DNA of 64,000 nt from Candidatus Nomurabacteria bacterium (GCA_003155695.1 PMDZ01000008.1:39362-103361); one strand, 5' to 3'; shown: positions 9,681 through 21,408, counted from the first letter of the stretch. The notes: generated by a model not told the origin, from the letters alone. Program-made: numbers and translations.

Positions 9681-11057
9681 ATGAGTTTTTATTTTAAAAA
9701 GCGTTTTTCTTTTGTACTCATTCTTGTACTTGTTTTAGGCGCTTTTGCCTACCATCCACCCCTTATTAAGGCAGATGTAATACTACAGAATGCCCAAGCA
9801 GACAAAGCCAAACTTGAGGCTGAACTGGCCGACCTAGAGCAACAAATTGCCGAAAAACAAAAAGAACTAAACAATCAAAAAGGTCAATCTGTCTCTATTT
9901 CTCGTGATATTTCTATACTTACCTCTCAAATTGCCAAGTCAAAACTAGATATAAAAGCCAAAACTTTAATAATTCAAAAATTAGGCGGCGAAATCACGGC
10001 CAAAAGTAAAACAATAGAAGCCTTATCCGCGAAGATAGAAAGTGAAAAAGAATCATTGGCCCAACTAATAAGGAATGAAAGACAAATAGACGACATATCT
10101 ATCGTATCTTTAATCCTATCTCAAAATAGTATTTCCGGTATTTATGGAGATATAGACACTTTTGCTTCAATAAAAAGAAGCATTCAGGCATCCGTGGATG
10201 AGATTAACGGAGTTAAAACTTTAACCGAATCGGAAAAAAAGAATTTGGAGGATAAGAAGAATCAAGAGACAGATACAAAGTACGCATTGGAAACCGCTAA
10301 AGCCAAAGTAGAATTAAGTGAAGCACAAAAAAAACAGCTTCTCTCTATTAGTAAAAATAAAGAAGCAGAGTACCAAAAAGTTCTGAATGAAAAAGCAAAA
10401 AGACGAACAGAGATCCTTAGTGCCATATTTAATCTTGTCGGCGGGTCAACAAAAATAAATTTTGAAACTGCTCTTGCATACGCAAATGACGCACAAGCAA
10501 AACTGAATATCGATCCGGCATTCTTGCTGGCTATATTAACGCAGGAGAGTAACCTTGGAGCTAATGTCGGGCAATGCTATCTAACAAATATATTAACTGG
10601 GGCGGGAGTTGGTGCTAGGTCCGGTACAGTTTTTCCAAATGTAATGAAACCTATGGGACAAGCAGGAAGAAAAGGTGACATCGACGATTTTATTTCTATT
10701 ACGACATCTCTTGGCCGGGACCCATATAAAACCCTGGTTTCTTGTCCAATTGCCGGAGTTGGTGGATATGGTGGAGCTATGGGACCTGCTCAATTCATTC
10801 CTTCAACATGGTCAGGCTATGAAAGTCGTTTGAAAAATATTTTAGGACATGATGCAGATCCGTGGAATCCAAGAGATGCATTTATTGCCTCAGCTATGAT
10901 GTTGACAGATAAAGGTGCAGTAGGAAATGTTCCAAGTGCGCAAATTCAGGCTGCATGCCTTTACTATGGCACTGGAGGGTCATCGTGTTCGTATGGTAAT
11001 AGTGTAATGAAATTGAAAATTGGAATACAAGCAAATATTGACTTGTTGCAAGAATAA
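9681..11057 (+). CDS. Secreted coiled-coil protein with C-terminal lytic murein transglycosylase-like domain
   Basis: Signal peptide, long coiled coil, AILTQESNLG and GAMGPAQFIPSTW motifs. Confidence 0.85.
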   Translation: MSFYFKKRFSFVLILVLVLGAFAYHPPLIKADVILQNAQADKAKLEAELADLEQQIAEKQKELNNQKGQSVSISRDISILTSQIAKSKLDIKAKTLIIQKLGGEITAKSKTIEALSAKIESEKESLAQLIRNERQIDDISIVSLILSQNSISGIYGDIDTFASIKRSIQASVDEINGVKTLTESEKKNLEDKKNQETDTKYALETAKAKVELSEAQKKQLLSISKNKEAEYQKVLNEKAKRRTEILSAIFNLVGGSTKINFETALAYANDAQAKLNIDPAFLLAILTQESNLGANVGQCYLTNILTGAGVGARSGTVFPNVMKPMGQAGRKGDIDDFISITTSLGRDPYKTLVSCPIAGVGGYGGAMGPAQFIPSTWSGYESRLKNILGHDADPWNPRDAFIASAMMLTDKGAVGNVPSAQIQAACLYYGTGGSSCSYGNSVMKLKIGIQANIDLLQE

Positions 11058-11084
11058 TAGAACCATGATAATATAGCGGAACAT

Positions 11085-11303
11085 ATGAAAAAAGATATAC
11101 ATCCAAAATATAATTCAAAGTCTGAAGTTACCTGCGCTTGCGGGGCAACTTTTACTGTTGGCTCAACCATGGATAAAATTAATGTTGAAATCTGTAGTCA
11201 ATGCCACCCTTTCTATACCGGAAATGAAAAAGTTTTGGATACTGCCGGACGCGTAGACCGCTTCAAGAAGCGCGCACTTGCATCGAAAAAAGCAAAGAAA
11301 TAG
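11085..11303 (+). CDS. rpmE: 50S ribosomal protein bL31 (Zn-binding type)
   Basis: [29 protein letters not shown]. Confidence 0.98.
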   Translation: MKKDIHPKYNSKSEVTCACGATFTVGSTMDKINVEICSQCHPFYTGNEKVLDTAGRVDRFKKRALASKKAKK

Positions 11304-11306
11304 TGT

Positions 11307-11423
11307 ACAAAAAGCATAAATAGTCTTATCAGAGGGACTTGGGAGCGCGACGGCGCGAGCACGAGGAATTTTTCAGCAGAAAAATATCCGTGCCCTCTGG
11401 GAAGAGCTATTTATGCTTTTTGT
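11307..11423. repeat. Family B long hairpin element, copy 2 (inverted relative to copy 1)
   Basis: cacgaggaatttttcagcagaaaaatatccgtgc core; arms acaaaaagcataaatag / ctatttatgctttttgt. Confidence 0.85.
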
Positions 11424-11436
11424 TTTGGCCAAATAT

Positions 11437-11520
11437 CTTCGTAAACTTTATCAATAAAAAAGTCCTCGGATGAGGGAGGACGAGGAGCCAGACATTTTTT
11501 CTTGAAAAAGTTTATTACGA
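11437..11520 (+). repeat. Family A hairpin element, copy 1
   Basis: 32-nt core gtcctcggatgagggaggacgaggagccagac (11462-11493) inside ~21-bp complementary arms. Confidence 0.9.
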
Positions 11521-11542
11521 TATATATGTTATAATTTATTAT

Positions 11543-12514
11543 ATGACTTTTGATTTAGAACAATTAAAGAAAGACCACAAAACCAGTTACTTCGCTCTTG
11601 AATACGAAAGGCTTTTGGGTGAGGAAAAAAAGGTCAATGACATGGTTAGCGAGGATGAAAGTTTGAGAGAATTGGCCGATGAAGAACTGCAAAATATCAT
11701 TTCTCAAAAAGAAGCCATTGAAAGACAACTTGAAGAAATGATAAAGAAGGAAGATGAGGAAGAAGAATTCCCGAACGAAATAATCTTGGAAGTTCGCGCA
11801 GGAGCCGGAGGTGATGAAGCTTCTCTTTTCGCTTGGGAACTGGCCCACATGTACGAAAGATATGCCGAGAAGCAAAAGTGGAATTGGAAAGTCATCGATG
11901 ATTCGTCAAATGATGTTGGTGGTTACAAAGAAGCGACATTCGAAATAAAAGGCAAGGATTGTTATAAAGCTCTCCGCTATGAGACAGGAGTTCATCGTGT
12001 CCAGCGTGTCCCGTCAACCGAAAAGAACGGTCGTATCCATACCTCAACTGCATCGGTTGCCATTCTGCCACTTCGCAAAAAGACCAAAATTGTCATCAAT
12101 CCGGCCGACCTGGAAATCGAGTATTCACGTTCAGGCGGAGCCGGCGGGCAAAATGTCAACAAAGTTGAAACTGCTGTTCGGCTGATTCACAAACCGACAG
12201 GAATTGATGTTCGCTGTACAACAGAAAGAAAACAACTGGCCAACCGTGAAAAAGCCATGATGATTCTTGTTGCCAAATTGCAGTTATTGCAAGACGAAGA
12301 AGAAGCCAGTAAATATTCCGCCAATCGCAAAAATCAAATTGGGACAGGAGACAGAAGTGAGAAAATTCGTACCTACAATTTCCCACAAGACCGCATTACC
12401 GACCACCGCATCAAACAATCCTGGTCAAACATTCCGGTCATCATGGACGGCAATATAGATAAAATAATCGACGCTCTATCTTCCGGTGTTGTTGGAAATG
12501 CTGAAGAAGAATAA
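11543..12514 (+). CDS. prfA: Peptide chain release factor 1
   Basis: [15 protein letters not shown] (PxT specificity motif), [12 protein letters not shown]. Confidence 0.97.
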   Translation: MTFDLEQLKKDHKTSYFALEYERLLGEEKKVNDMVSEDESLRELADEELQNIISQKEAIERQLEEMIKKEDEEEEFPNEIILEVRAGAGGDEASLFAWELAHMYERYAEKQKWNWKVIDDSSNDVGGYKEATFEIKGKDCYKALRYETGVHRVQRVPSTEKNGRIHTSTASVAILPLRKKTKIVINPADLEIEYSRSGGAGGQNVNKVETAVRLIHKPTGIDVRCTTERKQLANREKAMMILVAKLQLLQDEEEASKYSANRKNQIGTGDRSEKIRTYNFPQDRITDHRIKQSWSNIPVIMDGNIDKIIDALSSGVVGNAEEE

Positions 12515-12529
12515 AAGACAAATCTTGGA

Positions 12530-12560
12530 CTTGCTTTATTTTCATGTGTATGTTATAGTT
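12530..12560 (+). promoter_or_regulatory. Sigma70-like promoter for the RRM gene, giving a long 5' leader
   Basis: TTGCTT...TGTTATAGT about 160 nt upstream of the ATG at 12720. Confidence 0.55.
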
Positions 12561-12719
12561 GACGAAGTAGTTAGCTTATGTTTTGGTAGTAGTTTCATTC
12601 TTCGTGTGTTAAACATTGAGGCATGTAAATGAAAATCGAGCTATGCGATTACATTTATTATTTAGTTTTCTTCGATTAGATGATATGAAAGTATCACTAT
12701 GAGAAGCACATTGTCATAT

Positions 12720-13004
12720 ATGGCAAAAAAGTTATATGTTGGTGGTCTTCCTTACAAGACTACAAACGATGAGCTTAAAGCTCATTTCAGTGCTGCAGGA
12801 GCGGTCGCTTCAGCAACAATTATCATGGATAAAATGACTGGCCGTTCTAAAGGCTTTGGTTTCGTAGAAATGGAAAACGATGCCGACGCAGCAACAGCTA
12901 TCTCAATGTTTGATGGTAAGGATTACGAAGGTCGTAATCTCACAGTAAACGAAGCTCGTCCTATGGAAGAGCGCCCACAAGGCGGTTTCCGAGGAAATAG
13001 ATAA
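12720..13004 (+). CDS. RRM (RNP-1) RNA-binding protein
   Basis: KLYVGGL (RNP2), KGFGFVEM (RNP1), LTVNEARP, Gly/Arg tail. Confidence 0.95.
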   Translation: MAKKLYVGGLPYKTTNDELKAHFSAAGAVASATIIMDKMTGRSKGFGFVEMENDADAATAISMFDGKDYEGRNLTVNEARPMEERPQGGFRGNR

Positions 13005-13020
13005 TTCAATTACTTTAACA

Positions 13021-13052
13021 AAAAATCCCCACTCGAAAGAGGGGGATTTTTT
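13021..13052 (+). terminator. Intrinsic terminator
   Basis: aaaaatcccc actc gaaa gag ggggattttt. Confidence 0.85.
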
Positions 13053-13108
13053 GTGTTGACATATACATATTTATGTTATAACATCATATTAAATTAAAAA
13101 TTATTGCC

Positions 13109-13465
13109 ATGAACGAAAAAATTGTTGAAGCTATCATTGCGTATATTCGCGAAGATATCGCAAACGTATCTAAGGATTATAAAATTATTATCGACGGAAA
13201 ACTATTTTATTTCGTAGAAGATGATTTCGATGATGATTTTATTTCTTTGGGTGAATTTATAAAAAAACACAACAAGCACCATCCTGGAAATAAAATTGAA
13301 GAAAATCCTAAAACTAAAGGAATATACTATGTTTTAACGAACTATTCTTCAGTTCGCATTCTTGATTCCAATCTTGTTTTAAATGGATTTGATAGTTTTT
13401 TCTTTGCAAAAAAATTTGTAACGGTTGGAGGAACCTATGAGATAAAGTTTAAGGAGACAAGCTAA
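13109..13465 (+). CDS. Orphan hypothetical protein
   Basis: 118-aa ORF with its own TTGACA/TATAAC promoter and a downstream hairpin at 13491-13514. Confidence 0.65.
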   Translation: MNEKIVEAIIAYIREDIANVSKDYKIIIDGKLFYFVEDDFDDDFISLGEFIKKHNKHHPGNKIEENPKTKGIYYVLTNYSSVRILDSNLVLNGFDSFFFAKKFVTVGGTYEIKFKETS

Positions 13466-13594
13466 AATTGTCTTCCAAATGTTGACATTAACCCTGGATG
13501 AAATATTCCAGGGTTTATTATTGATATATTAACAATAAGGAATATAATAAGGGGGAGGTTAGTCTATTAGTATAAACACAATTATTCTTTTAAT

Positions 13595-13774
13595 ATGAAA
13601 AGGAGAACGAAACAACTGTTAATTTTTGCTCCTCTCGTTGCAATTTCTTTAGTTACCATTGGCGTAATTAATCTATATAATAAGAGAGTAAAAAGAAAAA
13701 AGGTAGAATCTGATCCATCCATTCCTCCTTTAGAAAAAACTTTAGATGATTTAGGAAATTTAACTAAATCGTAG
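13595..13774 (+). CDS. Small single-TM protein (59 aa; absent from ORF track)
   Basis: MKRRTKQLLIFAPLVAISLVTIGVINLYNKRVKRKK...; upstream promoter-like sequence and downstream hairpin at 13781-13813. Confidence 0.6.
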   Translation: MKRRTKQLLIFAPLVAISLVTIGVINLYNKRVKRKKVESDPSIPPLEKTLDDLGNLTKS

Positions 13775-13973
13775 CTGCATAGACCCGCGCATTATACATT
13801 TTTGCACGGGCTTATTATTTATTTGTTTGCTAAAGCACATTATTTTTGGTATAGTTTGGAGGTAGTTTTGAGAAAAATGAATATTTTGTTATTATAATGC
13901 TTGTGTAGTTGTTGGTCTAAATGTTCAAATCCCGGACACATAAGCATAATTGTTAAATAATTGTTTAGATTAT

Positions 13974-14045
13974 GCGTGTGTAGTTCAGTGGTAGAACGCT
14001 GTCCTGATAAGACAGAGGCCCTTGGTCCGATTCCAAGCACACGCA
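13974..14045 (+). tRNA. tRNA-Ile (GAU)
   Basis: Acceptor GCGTGTG/CACACGC, D arm, anticodon arm CTGTC-CTGATAA-GACAG, T arm CTTGG-TCCGATT-CCAAG; CCA not encoded. Confidence 0.93.
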
Positions 14046-14093
14046 CAGCGTCGCGGTTCAAGCACGCACACAAGGCTTTAAAGCCTTTTATTT

Positions 14094-14363
14094 ATGGAAA
14101 ATAATAATATAAAAGTTCCTTGGTGGAGAGATGGACTTATTAATTTTGCAAAAGTTAGCGCATATATTGCCATACCAATAATAATTGCTCTTTACTTGGG
14201 CAAATATTTGGATAAAAGATTTAATACCAGTCCGTGGATTTTCTTAATTTTAACTTTTGCATCATTCATTATTTCTCTTTTTTTGATTTATACAAATATG
14301 GTAAAATATATTAAAGATTTGGAAGAAAAGGAAAAATCCACCAAAAATGAAATAAAGAAATAA
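14094..14363 (+). CDS. AtpZ/AtpI family protein
   Basis: G.YLD..F.T.PW two-TM pattern; first gene of the atp operon. Confidence 0.88.
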   Translation: MENNNIKVPWWRDGLINFAKVSAYIAIPIIIALYLGKYLDKRFNTSPWIFLILTFASFIISLFLIYTNMVKYIKDLEEKEKSTKNEIKK

Positions 14364-14366
14364 TTT

Positions 14367-15230
14367 ATGAATACAGAACAAGCGACAACCGAATCCACAT
14401 TATACGCCGAATCAATAGGGCACATTGGGTCATTTACCATAACCAATGCGCTTCTGACAAGCTGGGTAGTTGTTTTCATTATAATAATAATCGCTATTGT
14501 TGTTAAAACTAAACTTAAAAAAATCCCGAAGGGCATCCAAAATATATTTGAAATATTAATCGAAGGAGCCGAAGGTTTATGCGACCAAGTTACCGGCAAT
14601 CGTGCCATTACCAACAAAGCTTTTCCAATCGTTTTTGCTATTTTTGTCTTTGTCCTTTTGAACAATTGGATAGGAATTCTTCCGATTGGAGGGTTTGGGC
14701 TGATACAAATGAGCGAACACGGCAAAATGTTCATACCGTTGTTTAGGAGTGGCACTGCAGATATCAATGGCACACTTCCGCTTGCTATTATGTCGGTTAT
14801 TGGAGCAAATGTATTCGGAATTATCTCAATCGGGGTCTGGAAAACAATCAATAAATATGTTAATCTGAAAGCGCTTGGTAGTATTTTTACCAAGATTAAG
14901 AAGGACCCGGGAATTTTAATGACAGCTCCTATAATGTTTGCTGTCGGAATACTCGAGCTAGTCGGAGAATTTGCGAAAATTGCTTCGTTGTCGTTTCGTC
15001 TCTTTGGAAACGTCTTTGCCGGAGAAGTGCTGCTCGTTTCAATGGGGGCGATTATGGCATACGTTTTACCGACACCATTTTTACTTCTGGAAGTATTCGT
15101 CGGTTTGATACAGGCATTTATTTTTGCCATTTTAACTCTTGTTTACTATACGATTTCAAGTATGGATCATGAGGAGGAACATGACGAAAAAGAAGAACAT
15201 AGTAAAGGAGAGTTAAAGGAAGCACATTAA
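14367..15230 (+). CDS. atpB: F0 subunit a
   Basis: SLSFRLFGN and QAFIF motifs. Confidence 0.97.
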   Translation: MNTEQATTESTLYAESIGHIGSFTITNALLTSWVVVFIIIIIAIVVKTKLKKIPKGIQNIFEILIEGAEGLCDQVTGNRAITNKAFPIVFAIFVFVLLNNWIGILPIGGFGLIQMSEHGKMFIPLFRSGTADINGTLPLAIMSVIGANVFGIISIGVWKTINKYVNLKALGSIFTKIKKDPGILMTAPIMFAVGILELVGEFAKIASLSFRLFGNVFAGEVLLVSMGAIMAYVLPTPFLLLEVFVGLIQAFIFAILTLVYYTISSMDHEEEHDEKEEHSKGELKEAH

Positions 15231-15252
15231 TTTAAAGGTCAGACATTATTAG

Positions 15253-15492
<240 letters not shown>

Positions 15493-15595
15493 TATTCTGA
15501 AGTTCGGTGTTTCGACTACAATCGGAACATCGCGTTCTGAATATTATTCAGAGAAAATTCTTAATTCGTAATTATTAATTGTTAATTTTTTTAAA

Positions 15596-16087
15596 ATGGA
15601 TTCATTTATATCAACATTTCATATAGATTGGAAAATAATAATCGCTCAGAGCATTAACTTCGTCATTGTTCTTGCAGTTCTATACTTTCTTTTAGTCAAA
15701 CCGCTTAAGAAGTTAATGAGCGAGAGAACGGGTACTATCGAAGGCGGATTGAATGATGCTAAAGCAAACGCCGAACTCTTAGCCAACACCAAAAAAGAAT
15801 ACGACCAAGTTATATCAAATGCTCGCAACGAGGCGCATAACATTTTCCAGGAAGGAAAAAAAGATGCCGAAGCGAAAAAAGCCGAAATGATGGAAAAGGC
15901 CAAGAAAGAAGTCGACAACATGATTATAAATGGTAAAAAGGTCTTGGAATCCGAAAAAACCAAAATAATTGATGAAGCCAAGCAGGAAATCGTCTCTTTA
16001 GTGGTTCTTGCCACGGAAAAATTATTGGAAACACATCCGGACAAGGAGTTTGAAGACAAATCGGTTAATAAGCTGAAGAAAATATAA
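15596..16087 (+). CDS. atpF: F0 subunit b
   Basis: Q.INF N-terminal TM followed by coiled coil. Confidence 0.95.
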   Translation: MDSFISTFHIDWKIIIAQSINFVIVLAVLYFLLVKPLKKLMSERTGTIEGGLNDAKANAELLANTKKEYDQVISNARNEAHNIFQEGKKDAEAKKAEMMEKAKKEVDNMIINGKKVLESEKTKIIDEAKQEIVSLVVLATEKLLETHPDKEFEDKSVNKLKKI

Positions 16088-16089
16088 GT

Positions 16090-16497
16090 ATGGCCACCAT
16101 TTCAATCAACAATCTAGCCCGTGCAATATACGAATCATCCGAGAAAAAGGATGGGATGGAGCTTGATATTGTTATGAAAAAGGCAGTCAGTCTGATTTCT
16201 AAGAAGCACCTGATGAGTAAATCGAAAGAAATCCTAACACAACTCGAAAAAATTATTGATAAGGATGAGGAAGTAGTCCGGGCAAAGATAAGTTCAAGAA
16301 TCAAGATTGATAAAAAAGTTACGGATGAAATCGATGATTTTATCAGGAAAAGATATAAAGCAAAACATACGGTTCTGGAGTTTGTGGTTGACGAAAAATT
16401 ACTGGGAGGAATCAAAATAGAAGTCGGTGATGAGATAATAGATATGACACTGAAGAATAAAATTAAAAAATTACAAGATTATCTCATAACACAATAA
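16090..16497 (+). CDS. atpH: F1 subunit delta (short form)
   Basis: VDEKLLGGIKIEVGDEIID motif; operon position. Confidence 0.92.
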   Translation: MATISINNLARAIYESSEKKDGMELDIVMKKAVSLISKKHLMSKSKEILTQLEKIIDKDEEVVRAKISSRIKIDKKVTDEIDDFIRKRYKAKHTVLEFVVDEKLLGGIKIEVGDEIIDMTLKNKIKKLQDYLITQ

Positions 16498-16517
16498 TAA
16501 ATTAATTAGCAAATTAT

Positions 16518-18020
16518 ATGTCAAAAAATTACATTGTAGAAAATTTAAAAAAGCAGATAGGGAGTTTCAAGAGTGATGCCCAAGCCGAGAAAGTCGGACA
16601 TGTTATCGAAGTTTTCGACGGTATAGCCAAGATTTCCGGACTTTCCGATATCAAAGCTTCAGAAATGGTTTCTTTCCCGAATGGCGAAATCGGTGTGACA
16701 CTCAACCTCGAAGAAGATTCAATCGGAGTTATTATTTTGGGCGATTTTTCTAAAATCCACGAAGGCGATGAGGTCAAGGCCATAGGTACTATTCTTTCTG
16801 TTCCGGTATCGGACTTGCAGATAGGACGTGTTTTGAATGCTCTCGGCGAGCCAATCGACGGTAAAGGCGCCATTAAAGCCGTCAAATCTAACCCAATAGA
16901 GAAGGTAGCACCTGGAGTTATTACACGTCTTTCAGTTTCGCAAGCCGTTCAGACAGGTATCAAAGCCATCGATGCTCTTATTCCAATTGGCCGTGGTCAG
17001 CGTGAGCTTATCATTGGCGACCGTCAAACAGGTAAAACTGCCATTGTTATCGACACAATTTTGAACCAAAAAGGACAAGACATGATTTGTATCTACGTTT
17101 CCATTGGTCAGAAGGATTCGAAACTTCGCAAATTGCAAACTCGACTTGAAGAAGGTGGAGCTATGGATTACACCATTATTGTTTCGGCTGGCTCCTCGGA
17201 GAGTGCCGCTTTGTCATACATCGCTCCTTATACCGGAGTTTCGATTGCTGAATATTTTATGGACCAAGGAAAAGATGTTTTGATAATTTATGATGACCTT
17301 TCCAAACACGCTGTCGCTTACCGTGAAATATCACTTTTACTTCGCCGTCCACCGGGTCGTGAAGCTTTCCCTGGAGACGTTTTCTATTTGCACTCCCGTT
17401 TGCTCGAACGCGCTTGCCGAAGAAATAAAGAGTATGGCGGCGGTTCGATTACGGCGTTGCCAATCGTTGAAACTCAATCGGGTGACGTCACGGCTTATAT
17501 TCCGACAAACGTTATTTCAATTACCGACGGACAAATATTCCTTGAAACCGATTTATTCTACAAAGGAATCCGTCCTGCTGTTAATGTCGGACTCTCAGTC
17601 TCGCGTGTCGGTTCGAATGCTCAAATTAAAGCCATGAAGAAAGTTTCCGGAACTCTGAAACTTGACCTTGCTCAATTCCGCGAGCTTGAAGCTTTCGCTC
17701 AATTCGGTTCTGACCTTGATGAAGGAACAAAGAGCCAGCTTGAACGCGGAAAACGCGCCGTCGAAGTCCTCAAGCAACCTCAATACGCTCCGGTTGCGAC
17801 CGAAGACCAAGTTGTCACACTTTATGCTCTGACTAAGGGCTTTATGGATGACGTAGCAATCGATAAAATCAAATCTTTTGAAGAAGGACTGACCGAATAC
17901 GCCCGGAAGAATGCCAAAACATTTTACAAGGAAGTTATTGAGGCAAAAATGTGGACAGACGCAGGAGAACAAGAATTAGTAAAAGTAATAGGCGAGTATA
18001 AGAGCAGTTTCGTTAAGTAA
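16518..18020 (+). CDS. atpA: F1 subunit alpha
   Basis: GDRQTGKT and [21 protein letters not shown]. Confidence 0.99.
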   Translation: MSKNYIVENLKKQIGSFKSDAQAEKVGHVIEVFDGIAKISGLSDIKASEMVSFPNGEIGVTLNLEEDSIGVIILGDFSKIHEGDEVKAIGTILSVPVSDLQIGRVLNALGEPIDGKGAIKAVKSNPIEKVAPGVITRLSVSQAVQTGIKAIDALIPIGRGQRELIIGDRQTGKTAIVIDTILNQKGQDMICIYVSIGQKDSKLRKLQTRLEEGGAMDYTIIVSAGSSESAALSYIAPYTGVSIAEYFMDQGKDVLIIYDDLSKHAVAYREISLLLRRPPGREAFPGDVFYLHSRLLERACRRNKEYGGGSITALPIVETQSGDVTAYIPTNVISITDGQIFLETDLFYKGIRPAVNVGLSVSRVGSNAQIKAMKKVSGTLKLDLAQFRELEAFAQFGSDLDEGTKSQLERGKRAVEVLKQPQYAPVATEDQVVTLYALTKGFMDDVAIDKIKSFEEGLTEYARKNAKTFYKEVIEAKMWTDAGEQELVKVIGEYKSSFVK

Positions 18021-18108
18021 GTTACATCAAAACATTCTTTTCTTCGGGTCCTCGGATGAGGGAGGACGAGTAGCCAGACCAGCTCAGAAAAGAACATTTT
18101 GATTCCGC
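18021..18108 (+). repeat. Family A hairpin element, copy 2 (atpA-atpG spacer)
   Basis: Core at 18048-18079; arms atcaaaa..ttcttttct / agaaaagaa..ttttgat. Confidence 0.9.
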
Positions 18109-18120
18109 TAAACATAATAT

Positions 18121-19065
18121 ATGGCGAGCACAAAAGAAATTAAAAGAAGAATAAAGAGTACTAAAAGTACAAAGAAAATCACCAAAGCAATGGAGCTTGT
18201 GGCTGCTTCGAAGATGAAGAAAGCTATTTCACAAACGTTGGCTTCGCGTCTTTATTCGACCTATTCTTGGGATATCCTGACATCGCTTTCCGAAAGACTG
18301 GAAAATATTACTCATAAATTTTTTACCGAAAATACAAATACAAACAAGCATTTGATAGTCCTTATTACTTCCAACCGTGGTCTATGCGGAGGTTACAACT
18401 CCCAAATTATAAAAAAGGCTATTGCAATGATTAAAGAAGAATCAAAATCGGCCGAACCTATTTCAATTGATATTGTTACTGTCGGAAAAAAAGGTGACGG
18501 AGCCATGCGCCGAACCGGTCAGAATATTGTCGCCAGTTTCCTTGAGATGCCGGAAAATGTGAGCTTGCAAGATGTCATTCCGATTTCAAATTATTTTGCC
18601 GATGAGTTTAAAAAAGAAAATTACAACAGAATTTATATCGCTTATACCGATTTCGTTTCGGCTTTGAGTCAGAAGCCGGTAATCAGAAAACTTCTGCCGA
18701 TATCGAAAGTAGAATTGAAGGAAGTCGTTGAACTGAACATAAAGGAAAAGGCTCCCGACAGCCGCGCTTCAATGGACGGTGCGCGGCATGATTTCGCTAA
18801 ATCCGAAACGCCATACTTATTGGAAGGAGAAACGGAAAAATTGCTGGACACATTGGCGGAGAAACTGGTCAGAATGCAAATATATCAGATGTTCCTCGAA
18901 TCAAGCGCATCCGAACAATCATCCAGAATGGTCGCCATGAAAAACGCCAACGAGGCCGCCGAAGAAATGATAAATGACCTGACTCTCGTCTTTAATAAAG
19001 CCAGACAGTCGAACATCACAAAGGAAATCAGTGAAATAAGTGCGGGAATGGCGTCGGTTAGTTAA
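18121..19065 (+). CDS. atpG: F1 subunit gamma
   Basis: KITKAMELVAASK, RGLCG, ASEQSSRMVAM, RQSNITKEI. Confidence 0.98.
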   Translation: MASTKEIKRRIKSTKSTKKITKAMELVAASKMKKAISQTLASRLYSTYSWDILTSLSERLENITHKFFTENTNTNKHLIVLITSNRGLCGGYNSQIIKKAIAMIKEESKSAEPISIDIVTVGKKGDGAMRRTGQNIVASFLEMPENVSLQDVIPISNYFADEFKKENYNRIYIAYTDFVSALSQKPVIRKLLPISKVELKEVVELNIKEKAPDSRASMDGARHDFAKSETPYLLEGETEKLLDTLAEKLVRMQIYQMFLESSASEQSSRMVAMKNANEAAEEMINDLTLVFNKARQSNITKEISEISAGMASVS

Positions 19066-19092
19066 TTAAAATTATTATCAATATTATAAACA

Positions 19093-20543
<1,451 letters not shown>

Positions 20544-20595
20544 AAAAATACCTGCCCGAAAGCAAGTATTTGATTAAAGTTTATAATCCGTTTAG

Positions 20596-20736
20596 TTAAT
20601 CTCTTGGCATATACTTAATAAAATTTAAGGATATAACGAGAAGTGAACCGTAGAAAAGAAAGCACAATGAGGCATCAAATATCTGAACACCTATTGTCTG
20701 TGGACTGAAATTCAAAAGAGCATTGTAGTCAAACAT
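20596..20736 (-). CDS. Candidate 46-aa hydrophobic protein antisense in the atpD-atpC spacer
   Basis: MFDYNALLNFSPQTIGVQIFDASLCFLFYGSLLVISLNFIKYMPRD*; occupies much of the spacer. Confidence 0.35.
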   Translation of the reverse strand: MFDYNALLNFSPQTIGVQIFDASLCFLFYGSLLVISLNFIKYMPRD

Positions 20737-20787
20737 ATCGCTAGATTTTAGTTAACTCGCTTAGTATAATAATTGGAATAAACATTA

Positions 20788-21234
20788 ATGTCAACAAAAC
20801 AATTACAACTGAAAATTGTCACCCCGGAAAAACTGATTCTTGAAGAATTAGTTGACCAGGTCACGGTTCCGACAACAGAAGGGGAAATCACAATTCTTCC
20901 CGACCATATTCCGCTTATAGCTTCGCTTGCTTCCGGCGATATTGTCGCTTTCAAGGATGGCGAGCATATTCCAATGGAAGTTGTTGGTGGATTTGTCGAA
21001 ACAAAAAAAGAAAACGACATGACTTCTGTCATAATCTTGGCGGACTTTGCCGAGCATGTGGCCAACATTTCCGAAGCCGAGATTGCTAAAGCCAAGGCCA
21101 AAGCCGAGGAGTTACGAAAGCAAGCCGAGAACAACGAAATCGTCGACTTTGAACACTTCGAATCCGAGCTTGAACGTTCACTCAATCGCATAAAGATAGC
21201 AGACAAATGGAGGACAAGAAAATATAGAAAATAA
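20788..21234 (+). CDS. atpC: F1 subunit epsilon
   Basis: IVTPE, GEITILPDH.P, GGFVE motifs. Confidence 0.96.
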   Translation: MSTKQLQLKIVTPEKLILEELVDQVTVPTTEGEITILPDHIPLIASLASGDIVAFKDGEHIPMEVVGGFVETKKENDMTSVIILADFAEHVANISEAEIAKAKAKAEELRKQAENNEIVDFEHFESELERSLNRIKIADKWRTRKYRK

Positions 21235-21408
21235 AAAAAAATAAGCCCGGCTTTATAATGCCGAGTTTTTGCTTTATTATAATGCTATACTTTTGAGACT
21301 TTTGTCAATAATTCATTATATTTTAATGATATTAAACAAAAATCCTTGACTTTTTTTATTTTTTATGTATACTTAAGAAAAAAATTTATTTATAATAAAT
21401 TATGTACT

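Noticed and set aside
11462-11493. Family A head as a hammerhead ribozyme or integron attC site
   Set aside because: It lacks the CUGAnGA/GAAA core and the RYYYAAC/GTTRRRY ends, and no integrase is in the window.
13840-14073. 77-aa minus-strand ORF
   Set aside because: It is antisense to tRNA-Ile.
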